From Terriglobia bacterium (GTDB lineage Bacteria; Acidobacteriota; Polarisedimenticolia; Polarisedimenticolales; JAIQFR01): a stretch of 64,000 nt of DNA. Shown one piece after another: positions 29,997-40,100 of the stretch. The stretch spans positions 576,001-640,000 of the forward strand of contig CAVVHE010000008.1 of the NCBI GenBank assembly GCA_963748015.1. Reading direction: 5' to 3'. Under the pieces are notes generated by a model that worked only from the letters and a program-made list of their open reading frames with translations, had not been told where the DNA came from and searched no databases. The position numbers and the translations under genes were made by a program. Each line of letters starts with the position of its first letter. Position 1 is the stretch's first letter.

Positions 29997-30760
29997 CCGG
30001 CGAGCCACTCGAGCCGGGCGTGGCCGGCGGCCTCGGCGCCGACGAGGTCGAGGAATATCTCCTCGAGGGTCTTCCCGCTGCCGGCCCCCGCGCGCAGCTC
30101 GGCGATCGGCCCCTGGGCGACGAGGCGCCCGCGGTGGATCACCCCGATGTGGTCCGAAAGCCGCTCCACGATCTCGAGAATGTGCGACGTGAGGAACACC
30201 GTCCCGCCCCGCCCGACGAAGGCCAGGAGCAGGTCCTTGATCTGGCGCGAGGCCACCGCGTCGATTCCCTCGAACGGCTCGTCGAGAAAGAGGAGCCTCG
30301 GGGCGGGAAGGAGGGCCGCCGCGAGGGCGATCTTCTTCCTCATCCCGTGGGAGTAGTCCGCCACCAGCTCGTCGGCCGCCCCCTTCAGCTCCATGATCTC
30401 GAGAAGCTCGCCGGAGCGGGACGTGATGGTCGAGGTGCCGAGGCCGTGCACCTGCCCGACGAACGCGAGGGTCTCGGCGCCGGTGAGCCGCTCGAAGAGA
30501 GCGAGGTCCTCGGGCATCACGCCGACGCGCCGCTTGACCTCGACGGGGTCGGCGATCGGGTCGAGGCCGAGGATCCGCATCGAGCCCGAGGTCGGGCGGA
30601 GCAGCCCCGTCAGGCACTTGATCGTCGTGGACTTCCCGGCGCCGTTCGGGCCGAGGAAGCCGTAGAACGCTCCCTTCGGCACCGCGAGATCGATCCCGTC
30701 CACCGCGGCGAGATCCCCGAAGGTGCGTCTCAATCCCTGCGTCTCGATCGCGAGATCCAT
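29993..30760 (-). CDS. ABC transporter ATP-binding protein
   Basis: GPNGAGKS, YSHGM signature and LFLDEP. Confidence 0.95.
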   Translation of the reverse strand: MDLAIETQGLRRTFGDLAAVDGIDLAVPKGAFYGFLGPNGAGKSTTIKCLTGLLRPTSGSMRILGLDPIADPVEVKRRVGVMPEDLALFERLTGAETLAFVGQVHGLGTSTITSRSGELLEIMELKGAADELVADYSHGMRKKIALAAALLPAPRLLFLDEPFEGIDAVASRQIKDLLLAFVGRGGTVFLTSHILEIVERLSDHIGVIHRGRLVAQGPIAELRAGAGSGKTLEEIFLDLVGAEAAGHARLEWLAG

Positions 30761-30779
30761 GGCGGTACATAATAGCCGC

Positions 30780-33155
30780 ATGAGCGACCCGGACAAGCTG
30801 TTCGAAGAGGCCGCGCCCGCCTTCGAGCGCTGGGAGGTCGTGAAGGACGTCGTGGACGAGACCATCGACCTCGTCCTGAACCACCGGCAGAGCGGGCATC
30901 CGGGCGGCTCGAGATCGAAAGTGCACGTCTTTCTGTCGACGCTCTTGTCGGGAGCGATGCGGTGGGACCCTCTCCGCCCGTGGCGGCCGTTCCAGGACCG
31001 GTTCGTTCTCGCCGCGGGCCACACCGTCCCCCTCGTGTACGCCGCGCTCGCGGTGCTGAACGAGGCGCTGCGCGAGCGGCACCGTCGGACCGCCGACCCG
31101 CGGTTCGAGCTGCCGGACGGGGGGCGCTGGGCGCTGACCTGGGCCGACCTCCTGGCCTTCCGCCGCCGGCGCGGCCTGCCGGGGCACGCGGAGATGCAGG
31201 GGAAGACCCTGTTCCTGAAGTTCAACACCGGGCCGTCGGGACACGGCCTGCCCGCCGCCGCGGGCGAGGCGTTGGCGCTCAAGCTCGCGGGGTGCGAGGA
31301 GGTGAAGGTCTTCGCGCTCGAGGGGGAGGGAGGGCTGACCGCGGGAGCCTCGCACGAGACGAAGAACTCCGCGTGGGGGCTCGGCCTCTCGAACCTCGTG
31401 GTCCTCGTGGACTGGAACGACTTCGGGATCGACGAGCAGCGGATCTCGTCGGTCGTGCCGGGAACGCCCGAAACCTGGTTCGACGCCCACGGCTGGCGCG
31501 TCTTCGGGACCGAGGACGGGATGGAGTGGGGGCCGGTCACGCGTGTGCTGCTCGAGGCCGCGCGGGGCGAGAACCCCGACGGCGTCCCCTCGGCGGCGTG
31601 GTTCAAGACCCGCAAGGGGCGCGGCTACGGCAAGTACGACCACGCGTCGCACGGCTCGCCGCACCCGGCGAACTCGATCGAGTTCTGGGAGCAGCGCAAG
31701 CCGTTCATGGACAAGTACGACGTCGAGTACGACGGCATGAACACCGGAGCGCCGGAGGACCCCGACGCGCGGCGCAGGCAGACGGCGACCAACCTCAACC
31801 GCGCCCTCGACGTCCTCCGCCGCGACGACGCGCTGATCGACGCCCTCTCGGACCGGCTCGTTCGCCTCGCCCGCGAGGTGCCGGAGAAGATCCCGACGTT
31901 CCGCCTCGGTGGCCACGCCGGGAGGATCTTCGAGGACACGCGCCTCCTGGACGCGGCCTCGTACCCCAAGGAGATGTTCGCGAGGCCCGGCGAGAGGAAG
32001 TCCAACAAGGAAGGGCTCGCCTCGTGGGGGGCCTGGGTCAACGCCTACGCGAAGAAGGAATACGGCCGGCCGCTCGTCATCGCGTGCTCGGCCGATCTCG
32101 CGGAGTCCACCAGCATCGCCGGCTTTGCGAAGAAGTTCGGGACGATGCCGGGCTTCGGGCGCTACGACCGCCGCGAGAACCCGATCGGCGCGCTCCTTCC
32201 GCAGGAGATCACCGAGTTCGCGAACGCCGGCCTGATGGCCGGGCTCGCGAGCGTGAACATGGCCGACGACCCGAGGAGAGAGTTCAACGGCTTCTGGGGG
32301 GCGTGCTCGACCTACGGCGCCTTCGCGTACCTCAAGTACGGCCCGATGCGCCTCTTCAGCCAGCTCGCGCAGGACTGCGAGCTCGAGGTCGGGAAGATCC
32401 TCTGGGTCGCGGGGCACTCGGGGCCCGAGACCGCGGACGACTCGAGGACGCATTTCGGGATCTTCGCCCCCGGCGTCACGCAGCTCTTCCCCGAGGGGCA
32501 GGTGATCGACCTCCACCCGTGGGAGCACAACGAGGTCCCGGTGGTCCTCGCCGAGGCGCTCCGCGGGAAGGCGCCGATCGTCGCGCTGCACCTGACGCGG
32601 CCGCCCATCGAGATCCCCGACCGCGAAGCGCTCGGAATGCCCTCGCACCTCGAGGCGGCGAGGGGGGCTTACGTGCTCCGGGAATTCCGGCCGGGCGTCC
32701 CGCCCGCCGGCACGGTCATCGTCCAGGGGACGTCGGCCACGGCCAACCTCGTGAAGATCCTCCCGGACCTCGACGCCGCGGGGATCAACGTGAAGATCGT
32801 CGCCGCGATCAGCCCGCAGCTCTTCCGCCTGCAGGACGCCGGCTACCGCGAGCGCACACTCTCCACGGCGGACCGCTGGGACGCCATGTGCGTCACCAGC
32901 CGAGCGCTGCGCCTGATGCAGGACTGGATCGCCCACCCCATCGTCGCCGAGTACTCGCTCTCCTCGGACCACGACGGGCGCTGGCGGACCGGCGGCACGT
33001 TGGACGAGGTCGTGGACGAGGCCGGCCTCTCCCCGCGGGACCTCCTAGCGGGGATCGAGCGCTTCGCGCGCGAGCGGGAGCAGCGGCTCGCGCGCCTCGC
33101 GGATGCGGTGGAATCGGCGCGGCGGCGCGAGCCCGCCGGGGAGATCGGCACATGA
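30780..33155 (+). CDS. Transketolase-like TPP enzyme
   Basis: SGHPGGS, LPGH, TGPSGHG, GEGG..N TPP motif, SADL and DSRTH. Confidence 0.88.
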   Translation: MSDPDKLFEEAAPAFERWEVVKDVVDETIDLVLNHRQSGHPGGSRSKVHVFLSTLLSGAMRWDPLRPWRPFQDRFVLAAGHTVPLVYAALAVLNEALRERHRRTADPRFELPDGGRWALTWADLLAFRRRRGLPGHAEMQGKTLFLKFNTGPSGHGLPAAAGEALALKLAGCEEVKVFALEGEGGLTAGASHETKNSAWGLGLSNLVVLVDWNDFGIDEQRISSVVPGTPETWFDAHGWRVFGTEDGMEWGPVTRVLLEAARGENPDGVPSAAWFKTRKGRGYGKYDHASHGSPHPANSIEFWEQRKPFMDKYDVEYDGMNTGAPEDPDARRRQTATNLNRALDVLRRDDALIDALSDRLVRLAREVPEKIPTFRLGGHAGRIFEDTRLLDAASYPKEMFARPGERKSNKEGLASWGAWVNAYAKKEYGRPLVIACSADLAESTSIAGFAKKFGTMPGFGRYDRRENPIGALLPQEITEFANAGLMAGLASVNMADDPRREFNGFWGACSTYGAFAYLKYGPMRLFSQLAQDCELEVGKILWVAGHSGPETADDSRTHFGIFAPGVTQLFPEGQVIDLHPWEHNEVPVVLAEALRGKAPIVALHLTRPPIEIPDREALGMPSHLEAARGAYVLREFRPGVPPAGTVIVQGTSATANLVKILPDLDAAGINVKIVAAISPQLFRLQDAGYRERTLSTADRWDAMCVTSRALRLMQDWIAHPIVAEYSLSSDHDGRWRTGGTLDEVVDEAGLSPRDLLAGIERFAREREQRLARLADAVESARRREPAGEIGT

Positions 33156-33496
33156 AGGATGACGGATCCTGGCTCGAGGAATTCCCCGTGGCGATCACCG
33201 TGACCGGCGCGGACGGGACGATCCTGGAGATGAACGCGCGCTCGCGTGAGACGTTCGCGAAGGACGGTGGGGGCGCGCTCGTCGGCCGCAGCGTGTTCGA
33301 CTGTCACCCGGAGCCCGCTCGCTCGACGACCCACCGCCTCTACGAGGATCGCGCGCCCAACCACTACACGATCCGCAAGGACGGCCGGAAGAAGATCGTC
33401 CACCAGGTGCCGTGGTATCGCGACGGCGTCTTCGCCGGTATCGTCGAGCTGACCTTCCCGATTCCCGACGACCTCCCGCATTTCGACCGGGACTAG
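33152..33496 (+). CDS. Stand-alone PAS domain protein
   Basis: ATGA overlap; AITVTGADGTILEMN..LVGRSVFDCHP. Confidence 0.85.
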   Translation: MKDDGSWLEEFPVAITVTGADGTILEMNARSRETFAKDGGGALVGRSVFDCHPEPARSTTHRLYEDRAPNHYTIRKDGRKKIVHQVPWYRDGVFAGIVELTFPIPDDLPHFDRD

Positions 33497-33512
33497 CCTG
33501 CGCGCTTACGCT

Positions 33513-33630
33513 TCGGATGGGAGCGCTCCAGGGCGGCCGAAAAAGGCCGGCTACGACGGGCATCGGCCTCGGATGGAAGCGTTCTAGGGCGGCCAGAAAA
33601 GGCCGCCTACGAACGCTTCCATCCGAGGCC
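33513..33630. repeat. REP-like palindromic repeat, family B copy 1
   Basis: Tandem CGGATGG(G/A)AGCG..AGGGCGGCC units; hairpin GGCCTCGGATGGAAGCGTTC..GAACGCTTCCATCCGAGGCC. Confidence 0.8.
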
Positions 33631-33642
33631 TGGTGGGTGGCG

Positions 33643-33790
33643 TGTGGGGAAATCGGACGAGGATGTGGGGAAACCCGGCACGACGGAGGGGCGGATGAGC
33701 GCGCAGGGCGCGCGAATCCGGGCGATCTTCCATCCCTGCCGCGACTTGTGGCGAGGAGGGACGCGGTCCGGGAGTCGGCACGCTAGTTGC
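33643..33790 (+). promoter_or_regulatory. Sigma54 promoter with tandem upstream activator sites
   Basis: CGGCAC-gctag-TTGC (33776-33790) fits -24/-12; TGTGGGGAAA direct repeats at 33643 and 33664. Confidence 0.65.
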
Positions 33791-33858
33791 GCTTCTTACG
33801 CACAGAGGAGCTTCTCCAGGGAAGCTCCGGTGTACGAAAGAGCCAACGGAGGTGCGAC

Positions 33859-33990
33859 GTGTCGGGCAACGAGACCTTCTGGCTGAACGTCGTCAACGTG
33901 GCGTTCGGGCTGGGAACGGTGGCGGCGATCGTGACGATCGTCGTGGCGATGATCCGGGAAGTCGTGACGCGAACGCACGCTCACAGGTAG
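33859..33990 (+). CDS. Small single-TM protein (43 aa)
   Basis: GGAGGT RBS and GTG start; MSGNETFWLNVVNVAFGLGTVAAIVTIVVAMIREVVTRTHAHR. Confidence 0.7.
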   Translation: MSGNETFWLNVVNVAFGLGTVAAIVTIVVAMIREVVTRTHAHR

Positions 33991-34018
33991 TTCCGCGCCG
34001 CGCGAACGGTTCCCCCGG

Positions 34019-35377
34019 TCAGCGGGGAATCTCGTACCTCTTCAATTTCTCGTAGAGCGTCGAGCGGTCGATGCCGAGAACGGCGGCGGTTTCCTTGATG
34101 TTGCCGCCGTGCCGCCTCAACGTCGCGGCGATCGCGCGCTTTTCGAGCTCCTCGAGCGGGAGGTCGGCCGGGACGCTGCAATCCGCGCGCTCCTCGGCGT
34201 CGCGCAGCAGGAAGGCGAAGTCGTCCTTCGACAGCGCGCGGCCCCGGCAGGTGACGAGGGCGCGCTCGATCGCGTTCTCGAACTCCCTCAGGTTGCCCGG
34301 CCAGTCGCAGTTCATGAGCAGGGCGAGGGCGGCATCGTCGAGATCCACCGGCTGGCGCCCCAGCTCCGTCGAGATCCGCTCGAGGGACTCCTGCGCGAGC
34401 AGGGGGATGTCCTCGCGGCGCTCCCGCAGCGGCGGGAGGCGGACCTCGATGACGTTGAGACGGTAGTAGAGATCGCTGCGGAACGTCCCCTCGGCCACGG
34501 CCTCCACGAGGTTGGAGTTGGTGGAGGCGATCACGCGGACGTCCACCCGCACCTCGTCGGAGCCGCCCACCCGGAAGAAGCTCCGCTCCTGCAGGACCCG
34601 CAGCAAGTCGAGCTGGAGCTTGGGCGAGATGTCGCCGATCTCGTCGAGGAAGAGCGTGCCGCCGTCCGCCTGCTCGAACTTCCCCTTCTTGCGGGTGTGC
34701 GCGCCGGTGAACGAGCCCTTTTCGTGGCCGAACAGCTCGGACTCGAGGAGGGTTTCGGTGAGCGCAGCGCACGAGACCGCGACGAACGGCCTCGAGGAGC
34801 GGTCACCCAGCTCGTGGACCGCGCGCGCGACCCGCTCCTTGCCCGTCCCGCTCTCGCCGCGGATCAGCACGGTGCTCTTGAGGCTCGCGATTTCGCGGAT
34901 CAGCGCGAAGATCTCCTGCATCCTCGGGTTCTTGCTGACCATGTCGCGGAAGCGGTACTGCCTCGTGAGCTTCCGGCGGAGGATGACGTTCTCGCGCTCG
35001 AGGTTCTTCAGGCGGCGGAGGCGGGCGAGGAGGAGCGAGACCTCGCGCGGGCTGCACGGCTTGACGATGTACTCGTGCGCCCCTTCCTTCATCGCGGTGA
35101 TGGCGGTGTCCACGGTGGCGAAGGCGGTGATGATGATCGGTATCGTCGTCGGCGACAGCTTCCGGATCTCCCTCATCGTCTCGATGCCGTCCATTCCCGG
35201 GGGCATCTTGAGGTCGATGAAGGCGACATCGAACTCCCGTCCCTTGGCCGCCGCGATCGCCTCGGGGCCCGACGCCGCGGTCGCGGCGTCGTAGCCATCC
35301 TCGGCGAGCCAGGCGGCGAGCGACTCCCGCTGGACCGGCTCGTCGTCCACGACCAGGATCTGCCACCGGCGCGTCAT
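34019..35377 (-). CDS. NtrC/AtoC-family sigma54 response regulator
   Basis: Receiver ILVVDD..DLKMP; GESGTGKE, GSFTGA, FLDEIG, WPGNLRE and Fis HTH. Confidence 0.95.
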   Translation of the reverse strand: MTRRWQILVVDDEPVQRESLAAWLAEDGYDAATAASGPEAIAAAKGREFDVAFIDLKMPPGMDGIETMREIRKLSPTTIPIIITAFATVDTAITAMKEGAHEYIVKPCSPREVSLLLARLRRLKNLERENVILRRKLTRQYRFRDMVSKNPRMQEIFALIREIASLKSTVLIRGESGTGKERVARAVHELGDRSSRPFVAVSCAALTETLLESELFGHEKGSFTGAHTRKKGKFEQADGGTLFLDEIGDISPKLQLDLLRVLQERSFFRVGGSDEVRVDVRVIASTNSNLVEAVAEGTFRSDLYYRLNVIEVRLPPLRERREDIPLLAQESLERISTELGRQPVDLDDAALALLMNCDWPGNLREFENAIERALVTCRGRALSKDDFAFLLRDAEERADCSVPADLPLEELEKRAIAATLRRHGGNIKETAAVLGIDRSTLYEKLKRYEIPR

Positions 35378-36978
35378 GACACGGTCTCCTTCGCGGCGCC
35401 CGACGAGGAGAGGGGGAGGCGCACGCGGAAGGTGGTCCCGGCTCCCTCGGCGGATTCCACCGAGATCTCGCCGCCGTGCGCTTCCACGATGCCGTACACC
35501 ACCGCGAGCCCGAGGCCCACCCCCTTGCCGTTCTCCTTGGTGGTGAAGAAAGGGTCGAAGATCCGCGGCAGGTCTTCCTTGCGGATCCCGCCGCCGGTGT
35601 CGCCCACCACGAGGAACAGGAATCGGCCGTCCGCGCCGGCCTCCGTTCGTACCGTCACCCGCTCCCCGCGGGGGACCGCCTCGATCGCGTTCAGCACGAG
35701 GTTCGTGACGACCTGCTCGATCTGGGAGCCGTCGCAAACCAATGACGGGAGGCCCGGCGCCAGCTGCGGCTCGATGCGCACCCCCGCCAGCTCGGCCTTG
35801 TGCGCGACGAGGGTGAGGGTGCTCCGCACGATCTCGTTCAGGGACCAGGCGCTCGGCTCGCGCCGCGACTTCCGCGAGAAGGACAGGAGGTCGGAGACGA
35901 TCCGGCCGACGCGGGTGGTCTCCGCGGAGATCTGGGAGAGGTAGCGCCGGAACTCCTCGACGCGGCCCGGCGGGATGCCGTCGTCCCTCAGCACCCGCTC
36001 CATGAGCGTCGAGAGGTTGAGCACCCCCGAGACCGGGTTGTTGATCTCGTGCGCGACGCTGGCGGCGAGGTGGCCGAGCGAGGCGAGCCGCTCGCTGCGG
36101 GCCAGCTCGCGCTGGGTCTCCTCGAGCTGGGCGGTCCGCTCCTCGACCTTCGCCTCGAGCCGCTGGGTGAATTGCTCGCTCTCGAGCTTGGCTTCCTTGA
36201 GCCGGGCGCGCATGGCGTCGAACGAGCGGGCCAGCTGTCCCAGCTCGCAGGACGTCTTCACCTCGATCGGGCGGTCGAGCTCCATGGCGCTCACCGCCCT
36301 CGTTCCCTCGATCAGGCGCTCGATCGGCCGGCCGACGACGCGCCGGATGAAGAGCAGCATGAACGCCGCCATGAGCGCGATCTCGAGGAGGGCCGTGAGC
36401 AGGGCGCGGATCTTGAGCCCGCCGATTTCCTGGTCTACCGGAGCCAGGTCCATCGTCACGTCGAGGACGCCGAGGACGTGTTTCGATTCCGGGTGGGCGT
36501 GGCACGCGGCCGCGCTGCACGCCGGCTCGTTGTAGATCGCGGTGACCATCCCCATCTTGCGGCCGCCGTCCGCGCCGCGGAAGACCCTCGCCCGCGAGGG
36601 GACGTCCACGCGGACGAGCGGCTGCTCGCGGGCATGGCAGAGGAAACAAGCCTCGGCGTTCTTGTCCACCTGGGCTTGGCGCTCGGGCGCGGTCGAGAAC
36701 ATCACGCGCCCCTCCTTGTTGAAGATCCGGATCCGGTCGATCCCCTGCTTCGTCGCGATCGTCTCCATCACCTCGTACGCGGCGCTGCGATGGTCGGCGA
36801 GCATCGAGTGCCACGTGGCGCTGGTGATGCTGCGCGAGAGCTGGTCGGCGCCGAGCACGATCCCGTCCAGTAGCTCCTGCTCCTGCTTGTGGACATTGTA
36901 GATGGCGAAAGAACCCTCGACGACGATGAGTATGACCGTCAGGGCGATGATCAGCCGGAGCGCCAGGCTCTTCGGCAC
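35374..36978 (-). CDS. Sensor histidine kinase with periplasmic haem-c-like motifs and HAMP
   Basis: Two TMs; CFLCH and CSAAACH in the sensor; AHEINNP, FDPFFTTK and GVGLGL. Confidence 0.93.
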   Translation of the reverse strand: MPKSLALRLIIALTVILIVVEGSFAIYNVHKQEQELLDGIVLGADQLSRSITSATWHSMLADHRSAAYEVMETIATKQGIDRIRIFNKEGRVMFSTAPERQAQVDKNAEACFLCHAREQPLVRVDVPSRARVFRGADGGRKMGMVTAIYNEPACSAAACHAHPESKHVLGVLDVTMDLAPVDQEIGGLKIRALLTALLEIALMAAFMLLFIRRVVGRPIERLIEGTRAVSAMELDRPIEVKTSCELGQLARSFDAMRARLKEAKLESEQFTQRLEAKVEERTAQLEETQRELARSERLASLGHLAASVAHEINNPVSGVLNLSTLMERVLRDDGIPPGRVEEFRRYLSQISAETTRVGRIVSDLLSFSRKSRREPSAWSLNEIVRSTLTLVAHKAELAGVRIEPQLAPGLPSLVCDGSQIEQVVTNLVLNAIEAVPRGERVTVRTEAGADGRFLFLVVGDTGGGIRKEDLPRIFDPFFTTKENGKGVGLGLAVVYGIVEAHGGEISVESAEGAGTTFRVRLPLSSSGAAKETVS

Positions 36979-37036
36979 GACCGGTCCTTTCGCTCGCGGG
37001 GGCTAGCGAGCCAGATATCGAATTATAGGCTCGCGT

Positions 37037-37167
37037 CGGCCTCGGATGGGAGCGTTTTAGGGCGGCCGACAAAGCCGGCTCCGACGGGCCTCGGCCTCGG
37101 ATGGGAGCGTTCGTAGGCGGCCTTTTCTGGCCGCCCTAGAACGCTCCCATCCGAGGCCGAGGCCGTC
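37037..37167. repeat. REP-like palindromic repeat, family B copy 2
   Basis: Same units as 33513-33630; the second hairpin's inner segment is inverted. Confidence 0.8.
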
Positions 37168-37179
37168 AGGCGGGCGAGC

Positions 37180-40100
37180 TCAGCGGGACTTGTCGGGGTA
37201 GCGCGGGGTCTTGGGCTCCTCGACCGGCTCCTTGCGGATCGCGTCCTGGAGAAGGGCGATCGCGGCCTCGAGCTGGGCGTCCTTGCCGTCGAAGGTGGCG
37301 CGCGGGAGGTTGTCCACGACGATGTCGGGATCGACGCCGCGCCCCTCGATCAGCCACTGCCCCTCGGGGCCGTAAACGCCCATCTCGGCGGCGGTGGCGA
37401 TCCCCTTGTCGACGAGAACGTTGCCGCTGCTGAGCCAGATCTCGCCGCCCCAGGTGCGGGTGCCGATCACCTTGCCGAGGCCGAGGCGGCGGAACCCCTC
37501 GGCGAACGCCTCGCCGTCGGACGCGGTCCACTCGTCCACGAGCACGACGACGTGGCCGCGGAAGGCGTACTGCATGTTCCAGGTCGGGAGGCCGACGCGC
37601 GGCTGCCAGAAGAACCAGGCGCGGCGCATGAGCTTCTCGAGGATCCAGCTGTCGATGTTCCCGCCGCGGTTGTGGCGGACGTCCACGATCAGTCCCTTCC
37701 GCCGGTACACGGGGTAGAAGCTCCTCGCCCACTCGGAGTAGTCGTTGGGGCCCATGGCGCGCAGGTGCACGTAGCCGATCTCCCCCTTGCTCGCCTCGTC
37801 CACCGCGAGGCGGCGCGAGTACTCCCAGTCGTCGTAGCGAAGCTCGGCCGCGGCGCCGGCCACCGGGACCGCGATCGCGTCGCGGGCCTTGCCGCTCTTG
37901 GCCTCCTTGATCGAGAGCAGGACCTGCTTGCCGGCCTTCCCGCGGAGGAGCACGCCGGGATCGGCCACCGTGAGGAGCGCGACGCCGTCGATCGCGGTCA
38001 GCAGGTCTCCCTCGGCGACGCCGACCCCCGGCTTCGCGAGCGGCGACAGCTCGTCCGGATAGTCCGGGTCGGCGCGGTAGATGCGGGCGACCCTGTAGCC
38101 GCCGGCCGCCTCGTCGCGGACGAGGACGGCGCCGAGCGAGGCGTTTCCGACGGGGTCGGGGGTCTCGCGCAGGTCGCCGCCGCGCACGAAGGTATGGAGC
38201 GCCGAAAGCTCGGCGACCATCTGCGCGAGGAGGTCGTTCAGCTCGGCGCGGTCGGTCACTCGCGCGACGAGCGGCTCGTACTTCTTCAGCATCGCGGGCC
38301 AGTCGACACCGTGCATGCCGAGGTCGTAGAAGTAGTCCCGCTCGAGGCGCCACGCCTCGCGGAACATCTGTTTCCACTCCTCGCGCGGGTCGAGCGGGAA
38401 GGTCCAGCCGTCGAGCGCGACCTTCTTGTCGGAGAGGTCGACGTTCTCGCCGGCGGTGGCGTCGACGAGGTAGAAGTCGTCCGTCTTGCGGAGGAGGATC
38501 TTCTTGCCGTCCTGCGAGAGGTCGTACGACCGCATGTCCTGCACGATCGTCTTGAGCTTCGGATCCTGGCCCGTGATCTCGGCGAACGCGAGGCGGGCCT
38601 TCCGCTCGAAGGAGGTCTCCACGACGATGAGGAGGATCCTCTTCTCGAGAACCGAGATGCCGCGGTAGTTGTCCGAGGGAATCGGCACCTCGTGGAGGCG
38701 CTCCCCAAGGCCCGCCAGCTCGATCTTCACGACGACCTTCTTGTCGGCCGGCTTCGACGCCTCGGCAGGCTTGTCCTTCTCGCCGCTCTTCGAGGCCTCC
38801 GCGGGCTTCTCCGTCTTCGCGGGCCGCGCGGCGGCCCCCTCCTTCGGCTTCTCCTTGTCCTTGTCGTCGCCCGTCTTCGCGTCCTTCGGAGCCAGCTCGT
38901 CGAGCGGCTGCCACGGCGAGCGCTGCCCGCCGGCGAGGTCCACGAGATAGACCTTCGTCTCCTTGTCGAAGAACGGCTCCGGCTGCCGGACACCCCACGG
39001 GCTGTCCACGAGGGAGCGCAGGTGGCGCTCCGACAGGAAGTAGATCCACTTGCCGTCGGGGCTCCACGCGGGCGAGTAGCTGTTCGTGCGGTCGCCGGTG
39101 AGCGGGACCGTCGTGCCGTCCGAGACGCGGTAGATCCAGATCCTCGCGAGGTCGTTGTCGCCGGGAGCGGTCCAGGCGAGCCAAGCGCTGTCCGGCGCCC
39201 AGGCCAGGTCGGAGATGTCCCCGGCGCGGCCGGTGGCGATCTTCACGCTCTTACGCGTTTCGAGGTCGAGGAGCCACGCCTCCTGGTTCTTGTCCAGGTA
39301 CGCGATGCGCTTGCCGTCGGGGGAGGGGACGCCGCTGAAGCGCAGGACCTTCCCGTCGGAGGTCAGCCGCTCGCCGGCGCCGACGCCGTTCGCGGGCACC
39401 TTCCACCACTCGACCTCGCCGGACTCGTCCGAGAGGACCGCGAGCGACCTCCCGTCGGGAAGGAAGATCGCGCTGCGGTATCGGACCCCGGGCTTGCGGG
39501 TCGCCTCGACCAGCCGCCCCTGCTTCGCCGGGGCGACGAACACCTGGCCGCGCGCGGTGAACACGACGCGGTCGCCGTCGGGGGAGGGGAACGCGGAGGT
39601 CACGTAGTCGACCGGCTTCTTGACCCACTTCTCGCGCGCCTGGTCGAAGTCCGACGCGAGGGCGACCGGCACGGCGGCGTCGCGCCCCGTGGCGATGTCG
39701 AGGACCCTGAGATCGGCGCCGAGCTGGTAAGCGATCTTGCCGCCCGAGAGCGACGGGGATTTCACGTCCCACCCCTCGTGGCGCGTGTGCTGTTTCGGGT
39801 CGCCGCCGGCCTCGTTCATGGACCAGAGGTTCATCGTGCCGTCGCGGTCGCTGACGAAGTAGACGCGCCCGCGCCAGTACATCGGCGACCGGCTGGTCCC
39901 GTCGAAGTCGGCGGTCATCGGCACCGCCTCGCCGGTGCCCGCGGGGAGCTTCCAGATCTTCTGCGCCGTGCCCCCCTTGTACCGGCGGGTGTGGCTGCCC
40001 TGGAACCGTAGTCGGGTGAAGAAGAGCGTCTTCCCTGCGTCGTCGTACGACCCGTCCGCGGCCTGGCTGAGCGGCAGGAGCGTCGATGGGCCTCCCGCCG

